NCBI GenBank assembly: GCA_037447605.1
Contig: CM074810.1
Coordinates: 1,522,880 to 1,586,879 of the forward strand
DNA: 64,000 nt
From: Zygnema circumcarinatum SAG 698-1b
Lineage: Eukaryota; Plantae; Zygnematophyceae
Reading direction: 5' to 3'
The translations under genes and the position numbers were made by a program. This document shows positions 1 to 11,860 of this stretch, piece by piece. Each line of letters opens with the position of its first letter. Position 1 is the first letter of the stretch. The notes under the pieces were generated by a model, which saw nothing but the letters and a program-made list of their open reading frames with translations, made no database searches and had not been told where the DNA came from.

Positions 1-933
1 TGAGCAGGAGCTCTATTTATCTCCGTACAAGGGAGGATATGCAGACGTTCTCACCATCATGAACGACTCCTCTATCAATGCAGCATGCAGATTTGAATTG
101 ACGGAATTTATGCTTGAAAGGAGTGCAAGTGTTGATGTTTTTGAGTTTTGTGGAGAAGAGTCCATCATGCCCTTGGTGGATGATGTGCTGAAGAACAGTT
201 CATGCATGTATACATCCATGGATGATGTGACAGCTCGGATAAATTTTACTGCCCTTTTGGGGCCTTGTGGAAACGCGAAAAGCTGCTCTTATAGAGAGTG
301 TCAGCAAGCGATTACAGATGCTGCTTGGGAGCTTCAACCTGTTACTGGAGCAGAGATGCAGGGCTGGTGAGGTTCTATGTGGGTTCAGTTTCAGTTCAGT
401 TTCAGTTCAGTTGTCCGTTACACCGTTGAATGTTACAGTTACACTTACTGTTGATACGTGTCGAGCTTCTCGCACCGTCCTATGGTTGATATTGTGCTTG
501 TTTTTTCTCGCAACCCTAACAACTAAAGAAACCCTAACGACCCTCGGAACCCTAAAAGTTTAGGGTTTCGGGTTTAGGTTTGGGTTTTGTTTTCGGTTTG
601 TTGATTTGAATTCTTTTTTTTTTTATTTCCCCGCGCAGCATCGATGTGATTTCTGTGAGACTTCTGCAGGCCTCGTATCCGCTCGTCTATCGAACCATCT
701 TGACAGAATGTGACGAGAAACCTATGGCGGTGAGTTGCCCACTCTCAAAAAATAAAATTAAAGTAAATCAAATTAAACTCGTTAATGTTTAGTCCATCAT
801 GAAAGGCCAAGCCTTTGTGTTTGCTTTTTCAATTTTTTTTTGTTTTTCCTCTAAATATGTGAAACCTCAACCTTATCCAAAGGCTGGATCACTCCACGAT
901 GGGAGCGAAGCAGACGTTTCCATGTTGATTTAA
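1..933 (+). CDS. 3' part of an unidentified spliced protein-coding gene (starts upstream of the window)
   Basis: Open frame from base 2 (EQELYLSPYKGGYADVLTIMNDSS...AEMQG). Exons <1-366 (donor GTGAGG), 639-729 (acceptor cgcag, donor GTGAGT) and 883-933 (acceptor aag, stop TAA) have compatible phases and read ...GCIDVISVRLLQASYPLVYRTILTECDEKPMAAGSLHDGSEADVSMLI*. No family recognised. Confidence 0.55.
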
Positions 934-3337
934 ATCTATGTGGACATGTGTTGATAAAAAGTCATGTGGATTCAAAATTTTCTTTGCAGCCTGCGCCGTT
1001 ACCCTCCATTGCTCCGAGCGCCCTTGAAGCCATCGCTCCTCCTCCCTCTCTCTCTCTCTCCCTCTCTCCTCCTCCCTCACCTCTCCCTCTCCCTCCCCCT
1101 CAGCCCACTTCGGGAGCGTGCCTCCGCCCTCCTTCAGAAAAAGGACCCCTCCTCCGCTCTCTCCTGATGGCTCTTTTGGCCCTTTTGATCGCGCTTTGTT
1201 GGGAGGGTTCTGAACCCTAAATAGCTCCGCAAAGAAACTTTTTCTATGTTCTGCAAAGGGTTCTAACGCACATGTGTTCACATGTAAGGGTTCATTTTTT
1301 AGTGTTAGCTTTCTTTTGTCCTTTTTAGCCCTTTAGTTCAGCTTTTAGCGTTAGTTAGGACTATTAGAATTTTTAGGGCTTTTTTTGAGTTATTTATGGT
1401 TTGTATGGTTTAGGCTTTGAAACGTTTTCCTTTAGGCGAGGTTAAAGGATGTTAGAGAGGCATTAATAGTATTTATTTTCATTTTTGAGCTTCCTTGAAT
1501 TTCAAGCTTTATTATTATTGCTTCGAAAAGTGTACGGACGATTGGACGCCATGCATTGCTGACGTCCCGCCATTGAGAAGTTTTTAGGGTTTTTTTAGTC
1601 GAGTCAGCAATTGCACAATTGGTGGTGGGCTGTTTATGCTTGGCATGTGCAACTAAGATTTGTGAATATCAAGACCTTTCAAGATCGTGGGAACCATGTT
1701 GTTGTTGTTGTTCATGGACATTTCGGCGGCTGGTTCCAGGAGGGCGTGGTGTATAAATCACAGGACTTGAGTTTAGTATTGGCGGTGTTTGGAAAGGAAA
1801 AGCATAGTATGCTTTTGTATTGCCACTCAATGTTGGAAAATGTCATTGTTTTTGGGATGAAATGTTTTGAGATTCTTGAGTGCTGACATCTTCCGTGTTG
1901 GTTGATTACACTTGATCGTCAAATGTCTAAAAAGGGTAAATTTGTTGTAGGAGAGGAAGCTGAAGAAACTGTGAGCTAAGAATCTTCCCCAATATTGTGC
2001 TCCGTCCATCATAAGGACATACAGTACCTCCCTCCATTCACTATTCATTCAGTACATAGTTCGATATCAACCAATACAGTATTATCTCACAATAGCGTAT
2101 CGAACGGGATATTCCGATACGATATACCGAACCCTGCCTTGCGGTGCAGTAGCAACAGGTGGCGGCGGTGACAGAAAGGGATCCCCCTTCTCTCTGGCAG
2201 GTGAAGGGCCTTATGGCAATAACTTATTTAACAATAAACTTTCATTTAATCCCCGCCATGGCGAGGTGCTGCCGCTGCTGACTGGGGAAGAGGGAGGAGA
2301 CGAGGGAGCTGCTCCATGGTGGGGGCGGAGAGGAGAGGAGGAGAGGGTGAGAATGAAGGGGATGGCTTCCCGCGAGCTTTCAGATGAGCTTGTGGTGTGC
2401 TTCCCGCCGACCCCTTCGAGAGCTTTGGAAGGCCAAGTGGCTGAGCTCGCAAGCTGAGCCATGCGTTCGATGAGCAGGTAAGTTTTGAACTGCCAATTTA
2501 TTTTTTTAAGGCGTAATCTTTCATTGAGTTATTGGAGGTGAAATAGAATTTTGTTTATTTCTGGCTAGTGAAGGCAGTCTTGGCCATAACTGAGGAGCGC
2601 GTCCAAGGAGGATGGCGGTTGGGAGCAGGCGAAATTGTGAGGAGAGCGGAGATAGTGATGTTATTGTCGACAGATTAACGCATCAATGAATGTTGTTCCC
2701 TTCCAATTGGTAGGCCCTGAACCCTCGAACCCTAACATTGCTGAATTCTACCCCCCTCCAAATCCCAAACCCCTTAAACCCTGAACCTCGCGACGGCTTT
2801 GCACCCTTTCTGCAACGTCTAACTCGGCCCCTCCACAAATCCATATTGGCCTAAACCCTCCGCTCTGAGAAGTTTAATGACGGCCCATATTCAGAATCCT
2901 AAACACTGATCATGTGCTGCTTCTCCAATTCAATCTATACATGCCTATTGAAAGAAAAAAGGGAACAAACTAAGAATGATGTAAAATATCAGAAGTGTTC
3001 CCCCCCCCCCCTCTCTCTCTCCCCCCTCTCTCTCTCCCCCCTCTCACTCTCTCCGCCCTCTCTCTCTGTCTCTCTCTCTGTCTCTCCCCCCCCACTACCT
3101 CGCCTACTCTCGCTAATCCTCCACTCCTTCCACGACCTCTCTCCTTGGTCTAACTTAGCAAATTAATGGATAAGAACTTCTTACAAGTCGCCTATGACAT
3201 GGCATCCACAATATCGCATGCCCACTGCTAGTTAGAACCGCTCCAATAGACCCCAAACTCTAATCCCTATCCCTAATTCCCTCTCCTTAAACCTTTCTCT
3301 CCCTCCCTCCCTCCCTCCCTCCCTCCCTCCCTCCCGC

Positions 3338-3378
<41 letters not shown>

Positions 3379-3381
3379 AGA

Positions 3382-5267
3382 CTACGCGTGAGAGGCGTGC
3401 AGCAGCCACACAACGAGGTCGAACAGATGCGTGGAGATCCCCGTCACCGTGACGAGGAGGCCCAAAATGAGCATCAGCCAAACCTCCCACCGCTCGCCTT
3501 CGTGCACTTCAGCCGCTTTGCCCCTGCGTAGGAGAGCGAGAGAGAGAAACGGAGAGAGAGCGAGAGAGAGGGCGAGTGGGAGAGGGCGAGTGGAAGAGGG
3601 CGAGTGGGAGAGGTTGAGTGGGAGAGGGTGAGTGGGAGAGGGTGAGTGGAAGATGGTGAGTGGGAGAGTGACAGTGAGAATGAGTGTGAGAGTGTGTAAG
3701 GTAGATTGCAAGTGTTGAGAGTCTGCGTGTGGGGGAGTCCGAGGGTGCATGCATGAGTGAGGCTCGCAAGAGTGAGCTTTTAGGGTTTCCAGGCTGTTTA
3801 ATGTTATCAAGGTTTTCAGGGTTTCCAAGGATTTTACATTTTAGGGTTTCAAAGGCAGTTAGGGCTCTAAGGTTTTGTAGATCCTAGGGTTGTTCTATGG
3901 TTTCTCGAACTCTATAAATTCCTGGAGCTCGACTGGTTGTTCAGTTATCCTTCAATAAGGTTGCTCTGAGGCTGTTCTGTGTCGTTTTAGGGTTTTTAGA
4001 GGTGGTAGAGTTTCTAGGGTTTCTAGGGTTTCTAGGGTTTCTAGGATTTCTAGGGTTTTTGGGTTTTTGGGTTTTTATAGAGTTTTTAGAATTTGAAGGG
4101 TTTCTAGAATTTCTAGGATTTCTAGGGTTTTTAGGGTTTTGGGGGTTTCTAGAGTTTTTAGGGGTTTTAGGGTTTTCAGGGTTACCTTAGGGTTTTTAGG
4201 GTTTCTAGAGCTTTTAGGGGTTGTAGGGTTTTCAGGGTTACCTTAGGGTTTTTAGGGTTTCTAGGTTTTTAGGGTTTTAGGGTTTTCAGGGTTACCTTAG
4301 GGTTTTTAGGGTTTCTAGAGTTTTTAGGGGTTTTAGGGTTTTCAGGGTTACCTTAGGGTTTTTAGGGTTTCTAGAGTTTTTAGGGGTTTTAGGGTTTTCA
4401 GGGTTACCTTAGGGTTTTTAGGGTTTCTAGAGTTTTTAGGGGTTTTAGGGTTTTCAGGGTTACCTTAGGGTTTTTAGGGTTTCTAGAGCTTTTAGGGGTT
4501 GTAGGGTTTTCAGGGTTACCTTAGGGTTTTTAGGGTTTCTAGAGTTTTTAGGGGTTTTAGGGTTTTCAGGGTTACCTTAGGGTTTTTAGGGTTTCTAGAG
4601 TTTTTAGGGGTTTTAGGGTTTTCAGGGTTACCTTAGGGTTTTTAGGGTTTCTAGAGTTTTTAGGGGTTTTAGGGTTTTCAGGGTTACCTTAGGGTTTTTA
4701 GGGTTTCTAGAGCTTTTAGGGGTTGTAGGGTTTTCAGGGTTACCTTAGGGTTTTTAGGGTTTCTAGAGTTTTTAGGGGTTTTAGGGTTTTCAGGGTTACC
4801 TTAGGGTTCTTAGGGTTTCTAGAGCTTTTAGGGGTTTTAGGGTTTTCAGGGTTACCTTAGGGTTTTGAGGGTTTACCTGAGCGCCACGAGCGCCGGGAAC
4901 GTGAATCCGACGGAGACCGCGACGGCGGAGCCCATGACCGAGAAGAGGCCGTAAATGTCCGGGACGAACAGCGCCGCCCCGAACACGGCGCCCATCAGGA
5001 CACCTGTCAGCCCCTGGAAGCGCCACGTGTCCACCGCAGCGAGAGGGACGCGGGTGGAGGAGGAGGGGGAGAGGGCCTCGTGGAGGGTTTGGCGGAGGGG
5101 GAAGAAGACGATGGGGAACACGAACACGAGGTGGACCACATAGCCGAGTCGGACCATGTCTTGGAGGATCTGAGGGGGGAAGGAAAAAAAAAAAAAAATA
5201 GGAAGAAAAAGAAATAGGATGTGAGAAGAGAGGGTTTGGGAGGGGAGTCAGCAGCATCACGGAAGGA

Positions 5268-5299
<32 letters not shown>

Positions 5300-6383
5300 G
5301 GAAGGAGAAGAAGAGGGGGGGGGTATGANNNNNNNNNNAAAAAAAAAAGGGGGAAGGAGAAGAAGAGGGGGGGGGTATGAGGGTTATGGAAACACGAAGA
5401 AAGGGACGAGGTGGATCAGCTTTTAGCTTTGATCTTTAGGGTTTTAGGGTTTTTAGGGTTTTGAGGGTTTTTAGGGTTTTGAGGGTTTTTAGGGTTTTTA
5501 GTTTTAGGGTTGTCTAAAAAACCACTCCGTTTCCCATCTATCGAATCCTAACAAGCGCCGAGATATTCAACGAAAAACGAAGACGCTTGCAAACCTTAAC
5601 CCTAAACTCTGCAAATGCTTGAGACGTAGCTTGATTCCCTCTCATGATAAGAAAGGAAACGGAGACTCGTTTTGACTCACCTTGCTTAAGCCGAGCTCCG
5701 AGTCAAAGTTGGCCAGCACATCGAAGGCTGTTTTTTCTCCAAAGAGAAGGTAGCCGAACACCGCTGTGGCTAAATACACAACGGTGCAGAGGGTCTGAGA
5801 GTACTTGGAAACAATTCGCATGCGATCTTCGGTAGGGTTTGATAGCTCCTCATAAATGGGATGAACTGCACAACACAGAACAATACGATACCTTTATTGA
5901 CACAATACAAAATCTTTTTGACTCCTAATTTAACAAGCAAGGGAGGAGGAGAAACCAGTCAGAAGTTTTCGGAGTTGTGGGGTTCAGGGTTGAGGTTTGT
6001 TTTCAAACACGTTCGGGTTTCTGCTTTTAGGGTTTCTGTTGGAAGGCTCTATTGAATCAATCCATTTGGAAAGCACTTCAACCATTAGGGTAAGCGATCT
6101 TGAAGATCTCAAAAACTGAAAAAGGACAAACAAAAAAAATTAAAAAAATTACGAAAAGAGGCCTTACTGTTGTAGTGGCACACGAATGCGTTTGTCATGA
6201 CAGGAATGACAGTGAAGATTTGCAGAAAGCCCTGCAAAGTATCGATTTGGGGGAGCCATCTAATAGCTTCCAACTGCCCCACCGCCCCCTTGCTGAGAGC
6301 AGCCGCGATAACGAACAGCACGAAGAGGACGGCGAGGGCAATGGAGAGGGCGGAGGTGAACATGAGGGAATCTGCACTTCAAG

Positions 6384-6422
<39 letters not shown>

Positions 6423-8780
6423 AGAAAGAGGGAGATGGAAGGAGTGCAGCGAGGGGAGAGAGAGGGGGGGAGAAAGGGGAGATAAGCAGAGGAATTAGAG
6501 AGAGGGGGGGGGGGAAGAGGGAGAGGGGAGGAGTGCAGCGAGGGGAGATAAGAGGGAGGGGAGGCGAGCAGAGAGGGGAGATAAGCAGAGGAATTAGAGA
6601 GAGGGGGGGGGGGGAAGAGGGAGAGGGGAGGAGTGCAGCGAGGGGAGATAAGAGGGAGGGGAGGAGAGCAGAGAGGGGAGATAAGCAGAGGAATGAGAGC
6701 GAGAGGGGGGCGGGGAAGAGGGAGAGGGAAGGAGAGCAAAGAGGGGAGATAACGAGAGGTGAGAGAGAGAGCAGAGTAGAAAGCGGAGCGAGAGCGAGCT
6801 AAAGAGGCGAAACCCCTCAGCAGATAGGGAAAGCGAGAAGGAAAAGGAGAGGAGAAAGAGCAGAAATGGGAGGAAAGAGGGCTAAGCAGAGCAGAGAGGA
6901 AACTGAACGAAAGCGCACACGCTCAGACGGAGAGAGAGAGAGAGAGAGGCGAGAAAGGGGACGAGGAAGAAAGAAAAAAGTGCGGAGGGAGGGGAGAGAG
7001 GGAGAGAGGGAGAGAGAGAGAGCTCTCACCTATTTGGCGGAGAGAGATGAGAGGGTAGAAAACGAAGAGGGTGGTAGCGAGCAGCACGGGAGTACGCCCG
7101 TTCCAGAAGGTAGGCCCACCCGCGAGCTCCTCTAAAAGGCCAGAGTGGTGCGCGGACCCGCTCGCCATGGTGCCGGAAAGGACGTCGCCTGCACAGGGGG
7201 GGGGCGGCCCTTAACCCTAAAATTCTCGCGCCCAAAGGGGCTCTGAACCCTAACCGTTTTTCGTTCCAAAGAATCGCAAACAGCCAAATAATGAACAGCT
7301 TTCGGCACCGGAGAGTCCTACAACTCCACTTTTTCAAGAAGATCACGTTTCTGATGTTCACGAGAGGAAGGCTGGGATTAGGAAAGTTTATGGAGTAACA
7401 GCTCCAAAAGGAATATATTTTTGGGCATAGAGCGCACAGAGAGCCATAAGAACTTTATTATGCCCTGAACAAGCCTGAAGCTTTCAAAATGTTGCAACTA
7501 AGTATCGCAAGCTCCTTTTGTCCTGGAACACATTCATGACTTATGTATGAGGGAGGAAGAGAGGGAGGGATGGAGGTGAGAGAGAGAGAGAGGGAGGGAG
7601 AAAGAGAGAGCTCAAATTTTGCTCACCAATGATGATCATATATGCAATGAGAGATCCCAAAGTATGGATCACTGTGAACAGCTGAATGAGCCTCCGCCCC
7701 TTCTGCCCGAAGGGGCCCGCCATCAGGTCGCCATAAGAACGCGCTCCAATATGGAAGGAGAATCGCATGACTAGAGCGATAGAGAGGTCGGTTAGAAAGC
7801 CCATGAGGACTATTACTGAGGCTCCAAGAGGTAACCCTAAAATCTGCAAAAGGAGAGGCCTCCACCATCCCGAGGTGAAGCAGCGTCAGGAGATGGGTTC
7901 AGCTCTGTTTTGATTTGATGGCAACATTTGAGAGGACAAGGGAAGTGTCATCGAATGAAATTTCTAAACAATGAATTTGGGTCTGAGAATGCGGTTCGTA
8001 GGTTTGTGGAGTGAAGGAGGGAGGGATGGAGAATGGGAGTGGAGGAATGAAGCAGGGAGGGTGGGAGCGAGGGAGGAAGAGAGGGAGGAGGGGGAAGGGA
8101 GGGAGCGAGGGGGGACGGAGGTCGGAGGGAGGGAGGGAGGGGAGGGGAGCAGGGGAGGAAGGGAGCAGGGAGCGAGGAATTAAGGAAGGGAGGAATGGGG
8201 GAAAGGGGGAAGGGAGGGAAAGGTTACCCACATGGTTTGGCAACATTTTTAAGAAGAAAAATTGAAACATTCTTTTAGAATCCAACTTACTTATTTATTA
8301 ATTTAGTAATTGATTAATTATTTAGTAGCTTAACCAGATCGTTCTGGGGTTTCTAGGGTGGCTTGAAATCCTAAACACCCTAAAAAACCTTTCAAATCCC
8401 ATGAATGTCATGAACTTCCGCGCCATCTGCCGCATGCCATGCCATGCCATACCATGCCGTGCTATTCCATCCATGCCCATGCATGCACTGCGCCACCATC
8501 CCATGCATGTCATAAATCTGCCAACTGGCGTATGCCATGCCATGCCATCCCATGCCATGCCATGCCATCCCATGCCATGCCATGCCATGCTCTGCACCTT
8601 CATGGTGGCAGGCAGCGCCATGATGCCAGCGCCGATGCTGGTGGTCGACAGGTTGAACACGGCGCTGAACAGCCCCCCCCCGCGGAGGCCATGGCCGCCC
8701 GAGGAGCTCGCGGGCGCAGAAAGCTCCCCCAGCAGGGGCTCCGCGTTCGCCTTCCCGTTCGCCTCGCCTCTCGCCGCCAT
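3382..8780 (-). CDS. AVT6: Amino-acid transporter, Aa_trans/SLC38-like family (AVT6-like), 460 aa
   Basis: Seven phase-consistent GT-AG exons: 8780-8598, 7843-7627, 7188-7030, 6371-6168, 5865-5681, 5169-4877, 3523-3382 (1,383 nt). Family-typical motifs: FSAVFNLSTTSIGAGIMALP, SYGDLM, LIAYMIIIGDVLSG, IPVMTNAFVCHYNIHPIY, FGYLLFG, VGFTFPAL. Confidence 0.93.
3990..4872 (+). repeat. Telomere-derived intronic satellite: (TTTCTAGGG)-like 9-mers followed by ~13 copies of a 56-bp unit
   Basis: The GTTACC landmark occurs at 4181, 4237, 4291, 4347, 4403, 4459, 4515, 4571, 4627, 4683, 4739, 4795 and 4851 (period 56, one of 54). The unit is TTAGGGTTTTTAGGGTTTCTAGAGTTTTTAGGGGTTTTAGGGTTTTCAGGGTTACC. Lies in the last AVT6 intron. 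Confidence 0.92.
6390..6780 (+). repeat. Purine-rich ~90-100-bp tandem repeat (~3 copies) in AVT6 intron 3
   Basis: GTGCAGCGAGGGGAGA landmark at 6444, 6533 and 6633; GGGGAGATAAGCAGAGGAAT is repeated. Confidence 0.8.
8430..8592 (-). repeat. (GGCAT)n pentamer tract at the 5' end of AVT6 intron 1
   Basis: The sense strand reads GTGCAGA-GCATGGCATGGCATGGCATGGGATGGCATGG... directly after the donor at 8597. Confidence 0.9.
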
Positions 8781-8916
8781 GGCGGACCTTCAACCCTAAC
8801 CTTAAACCCTAATTTTAAACCCTACAAGAGGGCAGTTCCGCCTCTGAGAAAGAGAGCCAACTTTTTAAGAGAGCTCACTTTTGAGGTTTTCACCTGGGCT
8901 CATATTAAACCTTCTT

Positions 8917-8935
8917 CCAATGATGTTTCGCCACG
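8917..8935 (+). promoter_or_regulatory. CCAAT-N9-CCACG (ERSE-type) element with a full G-box, ~140 bp upstream of the AVT6 ATG
   Basis: CCAAT-gatgtttcg-CCACG(TGG). The AVT6/YAE1 divergent intergenic region also has further CACGTG boxes (~9101, 9171, 9222) and two TGACGTCA (~9383, 9413). Function is inferred only. Confidence 0.45.
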
Positions 8936-9934
8936 TGGACAAAGCTCCACTTGACGAGTTAGACTCTCACGAGTACAGCTGGCAACGGAGGCATTCTATG
9001 TGGCCGTTTGACGTTCGAACAGCGTACATGGAAACAAAAATGTGGAGATATGGTGCTATACGGACAAGATTCTGTACGGACCTTGCCAAATGAGAACTCA
9101 CACGTGTAAAACGATACTTAGATTGGCTGAAGGCTATATGCGTACAATTGACAAAGTTTTGTATGGTCGCCACGTGTCATACGAGGCCAGAAGTCACCAG
9201 GCATGATCGGCACATAGGTGCCACGTGGCGAACAAACAGCGCTCGAATTCAACGCTGGAGCGAGCTCTGTCCGTACAGCGCAACTTATCGGGCTACGCTC
9301 TGTAATCGTTATGACATCATATTCGCGTTTAATGACGGCATATTATAAACCGTGCGCAAAGCTCGGAAAAGATTTCGTGACTTGACGTCACAGGACGTTA
9401 CATGACGACCTATGACGTCACGAGCAACCTGGCGGGGAAAGGCAAGGCAACTACTGTAACTGGGGGAGGGAGAGGAGGATAGGGAGTGGAAGTGGGCGAG
9501 GCACAGATTGAGAGAGAGTGGGAAGAGAGAGAGTGAGAGAGCCGTGTGTCGGAGAGAGAGTGGGAGGAGCCATTCCGCGGAAGACGTTGTTTGCTGCTTA
9601 GGAGGGAAGCCGCGTCCTTGGGCGCTCAAAGGTTAAGGTGAAGCATCCCGCGAGCCTCAGAACCCTAAAAAGGGGCTGATTTCAAGCCCCTCAAGCGCAA
9701 AAACGCTCTATGTTTTTTTGAAGAATTCAAATGTCTTGAATGCTCAGTGTCTTAAAAATAGAAAAGAATCGAAACAGTGATTCTTATCTTTTTTATTATC
9801 AACTTCAATTTGCTGTTCAAGGCTCTCCTGATCTGAATGCCCATTTTTAGGCTCATTTGAAATGATTAGAGCGCTGATGTGTATCCTTCTTCTTCTCGCT
9901 CACGTTTGAAGCTCTTTCTCCTGCAGCCCTCTTC

Positions 9935-11293
9935 ATGGATGACTTAGATGTGTTCGGAGATGATGGGAGGGAGGATGGCTCACTTGCACGTGAAGGCCAG
10001 GCGAGAGAGACGCTTTTTCGCTCCGTATCCTCCTTAAATTCTTTGCATTAGTTTATGGGAGGGGACTCTCTACCCCCCCCCCCGTCTCTCTCTCTCCAGT
10101 ATCTCTCTCTCTCACCCAGTCTCTCTCTCACCCTGTCTCGCTCTCTCACCCAGTTTCCCTCTCTCCCCAGTCTCTCTCACTACAGTCTCTCCCTCTCTCC
10201 CCCCAGTCTCTTTCTCTCTCTCTCCCTCTCTCCCCTCCTCTGTCCCCCCCCTCTCTCCCCTCCTCCCTCCCTCCCTCTCTCCCCTCCTCTGTCCCCCCCT
10301 CTCCTTAGCCTGCCTTGACTCCCCCCCATGCAGCACGGCTACAGAGACGGTATAACGGCAGGAAAGAATGACTCCGCTCAGAGCGGCTTCAACGCCGGCT
10401 TTGAAGAGGCCGCCAAAGCGAGCTATAGATGGGGACAAGCACGCGGAGTCGCAAGGTGAATTTCTTGAACTTTTATACTTCGATTAGCTAGTTTTTTTCG
10501 TTTAAGTCTAGTTGCACCCAAAACTTGATTCAGTTTATGCTTAGTTTTAGTTTTCATCTGTTATTCGATGAAGGATTTGTGTAGAGTTATAAGTGAGTGA
10601 CTGAGAGAGGTTTCTTTCATTATGTGCAGCGCGTTTGCCTCCCTTCCTTCAGCTCTCTCTTCATCCCTAGTATCCTCTGATGAATTAAAAGAGCGAATCG
10701 TCCTTTTGGATGCCGAGATTAAGGCGATTTCTTCTCAAGAAGCAGCTCAGTCCTTTTATACTGCTAAGGTTCAACGAAACCCTTATATCAATGGAGCCCA
10801 TCAAAACCCTAATCCTAATCTTGGCCCTCCTGAAGTCTTACATATTGAAGATTCAATCAATTCTTTGAATGGGGCACCCTCCCTCGCAGCTGCTGCCGGC
10901 TACACCCAATCTGAGCCCCTCCTAGCTAACCCTAATTGTCAGGAAGAAAAATGCTCATGTGGAGATTCTTCTATTACAGAGAGTGTTACTGATGCTATAG
11001 GAAACCCAGAAACCCTACAATTTCTAGAATCCATAGAAACCCAAAACGGAACTGTGGGAAGTCATATGAAAGAGTGCTGTGGCGGCACTCGAAGTGCGGA
11101 TTGCCACTGTCATACAGAGAGGGAGGAATTTAGGGTTTCGGAAGGAGGGGAAGGAGTAGGAGGTCGAGGTAGAAGTAGAGGTAGAGAAGGAGAGCTTGGA
11201 GAGAGGCTGGATTCTAAGGTGGAGGTCCTTCTGACTTGCTTAGAAGGGAGCAATGTGAGTCTCTTTGAAGCGGCTGAGCTCCCACAGAGATGA
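9935..11293 (+). CDS. YAE1: Essential protein Yae1 N-terminal domain protein (YAE1-like)
   Basis: Exons 9935-10024 (weak donor GTATCC), 10334-10455 and 10630-11293. The spliced product contains the Yae1_N signature HGYRDGITAGKNDSAQSGFNAGFEEAAKASYRWGQARGVASAFASLP, followed by a low-complexity, Cys-containing tail. Confidence 0.83.
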
Positions 11294-11860
11294 GCTTGTG
11301 CATCTCCTTGAAGAGAAGAGGAATGTAAATACTTTCAGTTGGCGATCTGCTGGAAAGGACTAGGCAAGAGATTACAAATGTAAATCTTCAATCGTAACTT
11401 TTTCATTTCCGTGTTTAATTCAATCATTTGTAATATAAACAAATTCTGTACTCCACTCACTCACGCTCCCCTCTTTCCGCTCAGCCCCGGCCTTCCCTCT
11501 CTCCCCTTCCTCTCCTCTTTTTCCCGTTTTCCCCCTCTCGTCCCTAACCTCTCCTCTCTCTCTCTGCTTCCCTCCCGCCCCCCTCTCTCCTTCCCTTTCT
11601 TGCAGTCTCTCCCTCCCTCAATCCTTCCATCCCTCACTCACCATCCCTCCTCCCCTCCCTCACTTGTCCATCCTCGTTTGTCACCCCCTCTCCCACTCCC
11701 TCACATCGCTTCTCCCTTCACTGACCCCCTCTCTCCTCTCGCACATCCCCCCTCCCCTTCCCCTTCTCCTCCCTCTCCTTCCTAAGCACTATACAAAATT
11801 GCTGGCTGACTGCCATTCAAACCGCAAACTAACTTGCTTCAAAACTACGACTCAAAAACC

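Noticed and set aside
4002-4190. (GFL)n and similar ORFs, also 34643-34852, 46267-46542 and 8392-8799
   Set aside because: Translations of telomere-like, 12-mer and pentamer repeats.
5290-5378. Short direct repeat around the N run
   Set aside because: The same ~40 bp lies on each side of the 10-N join; assembly overlap.
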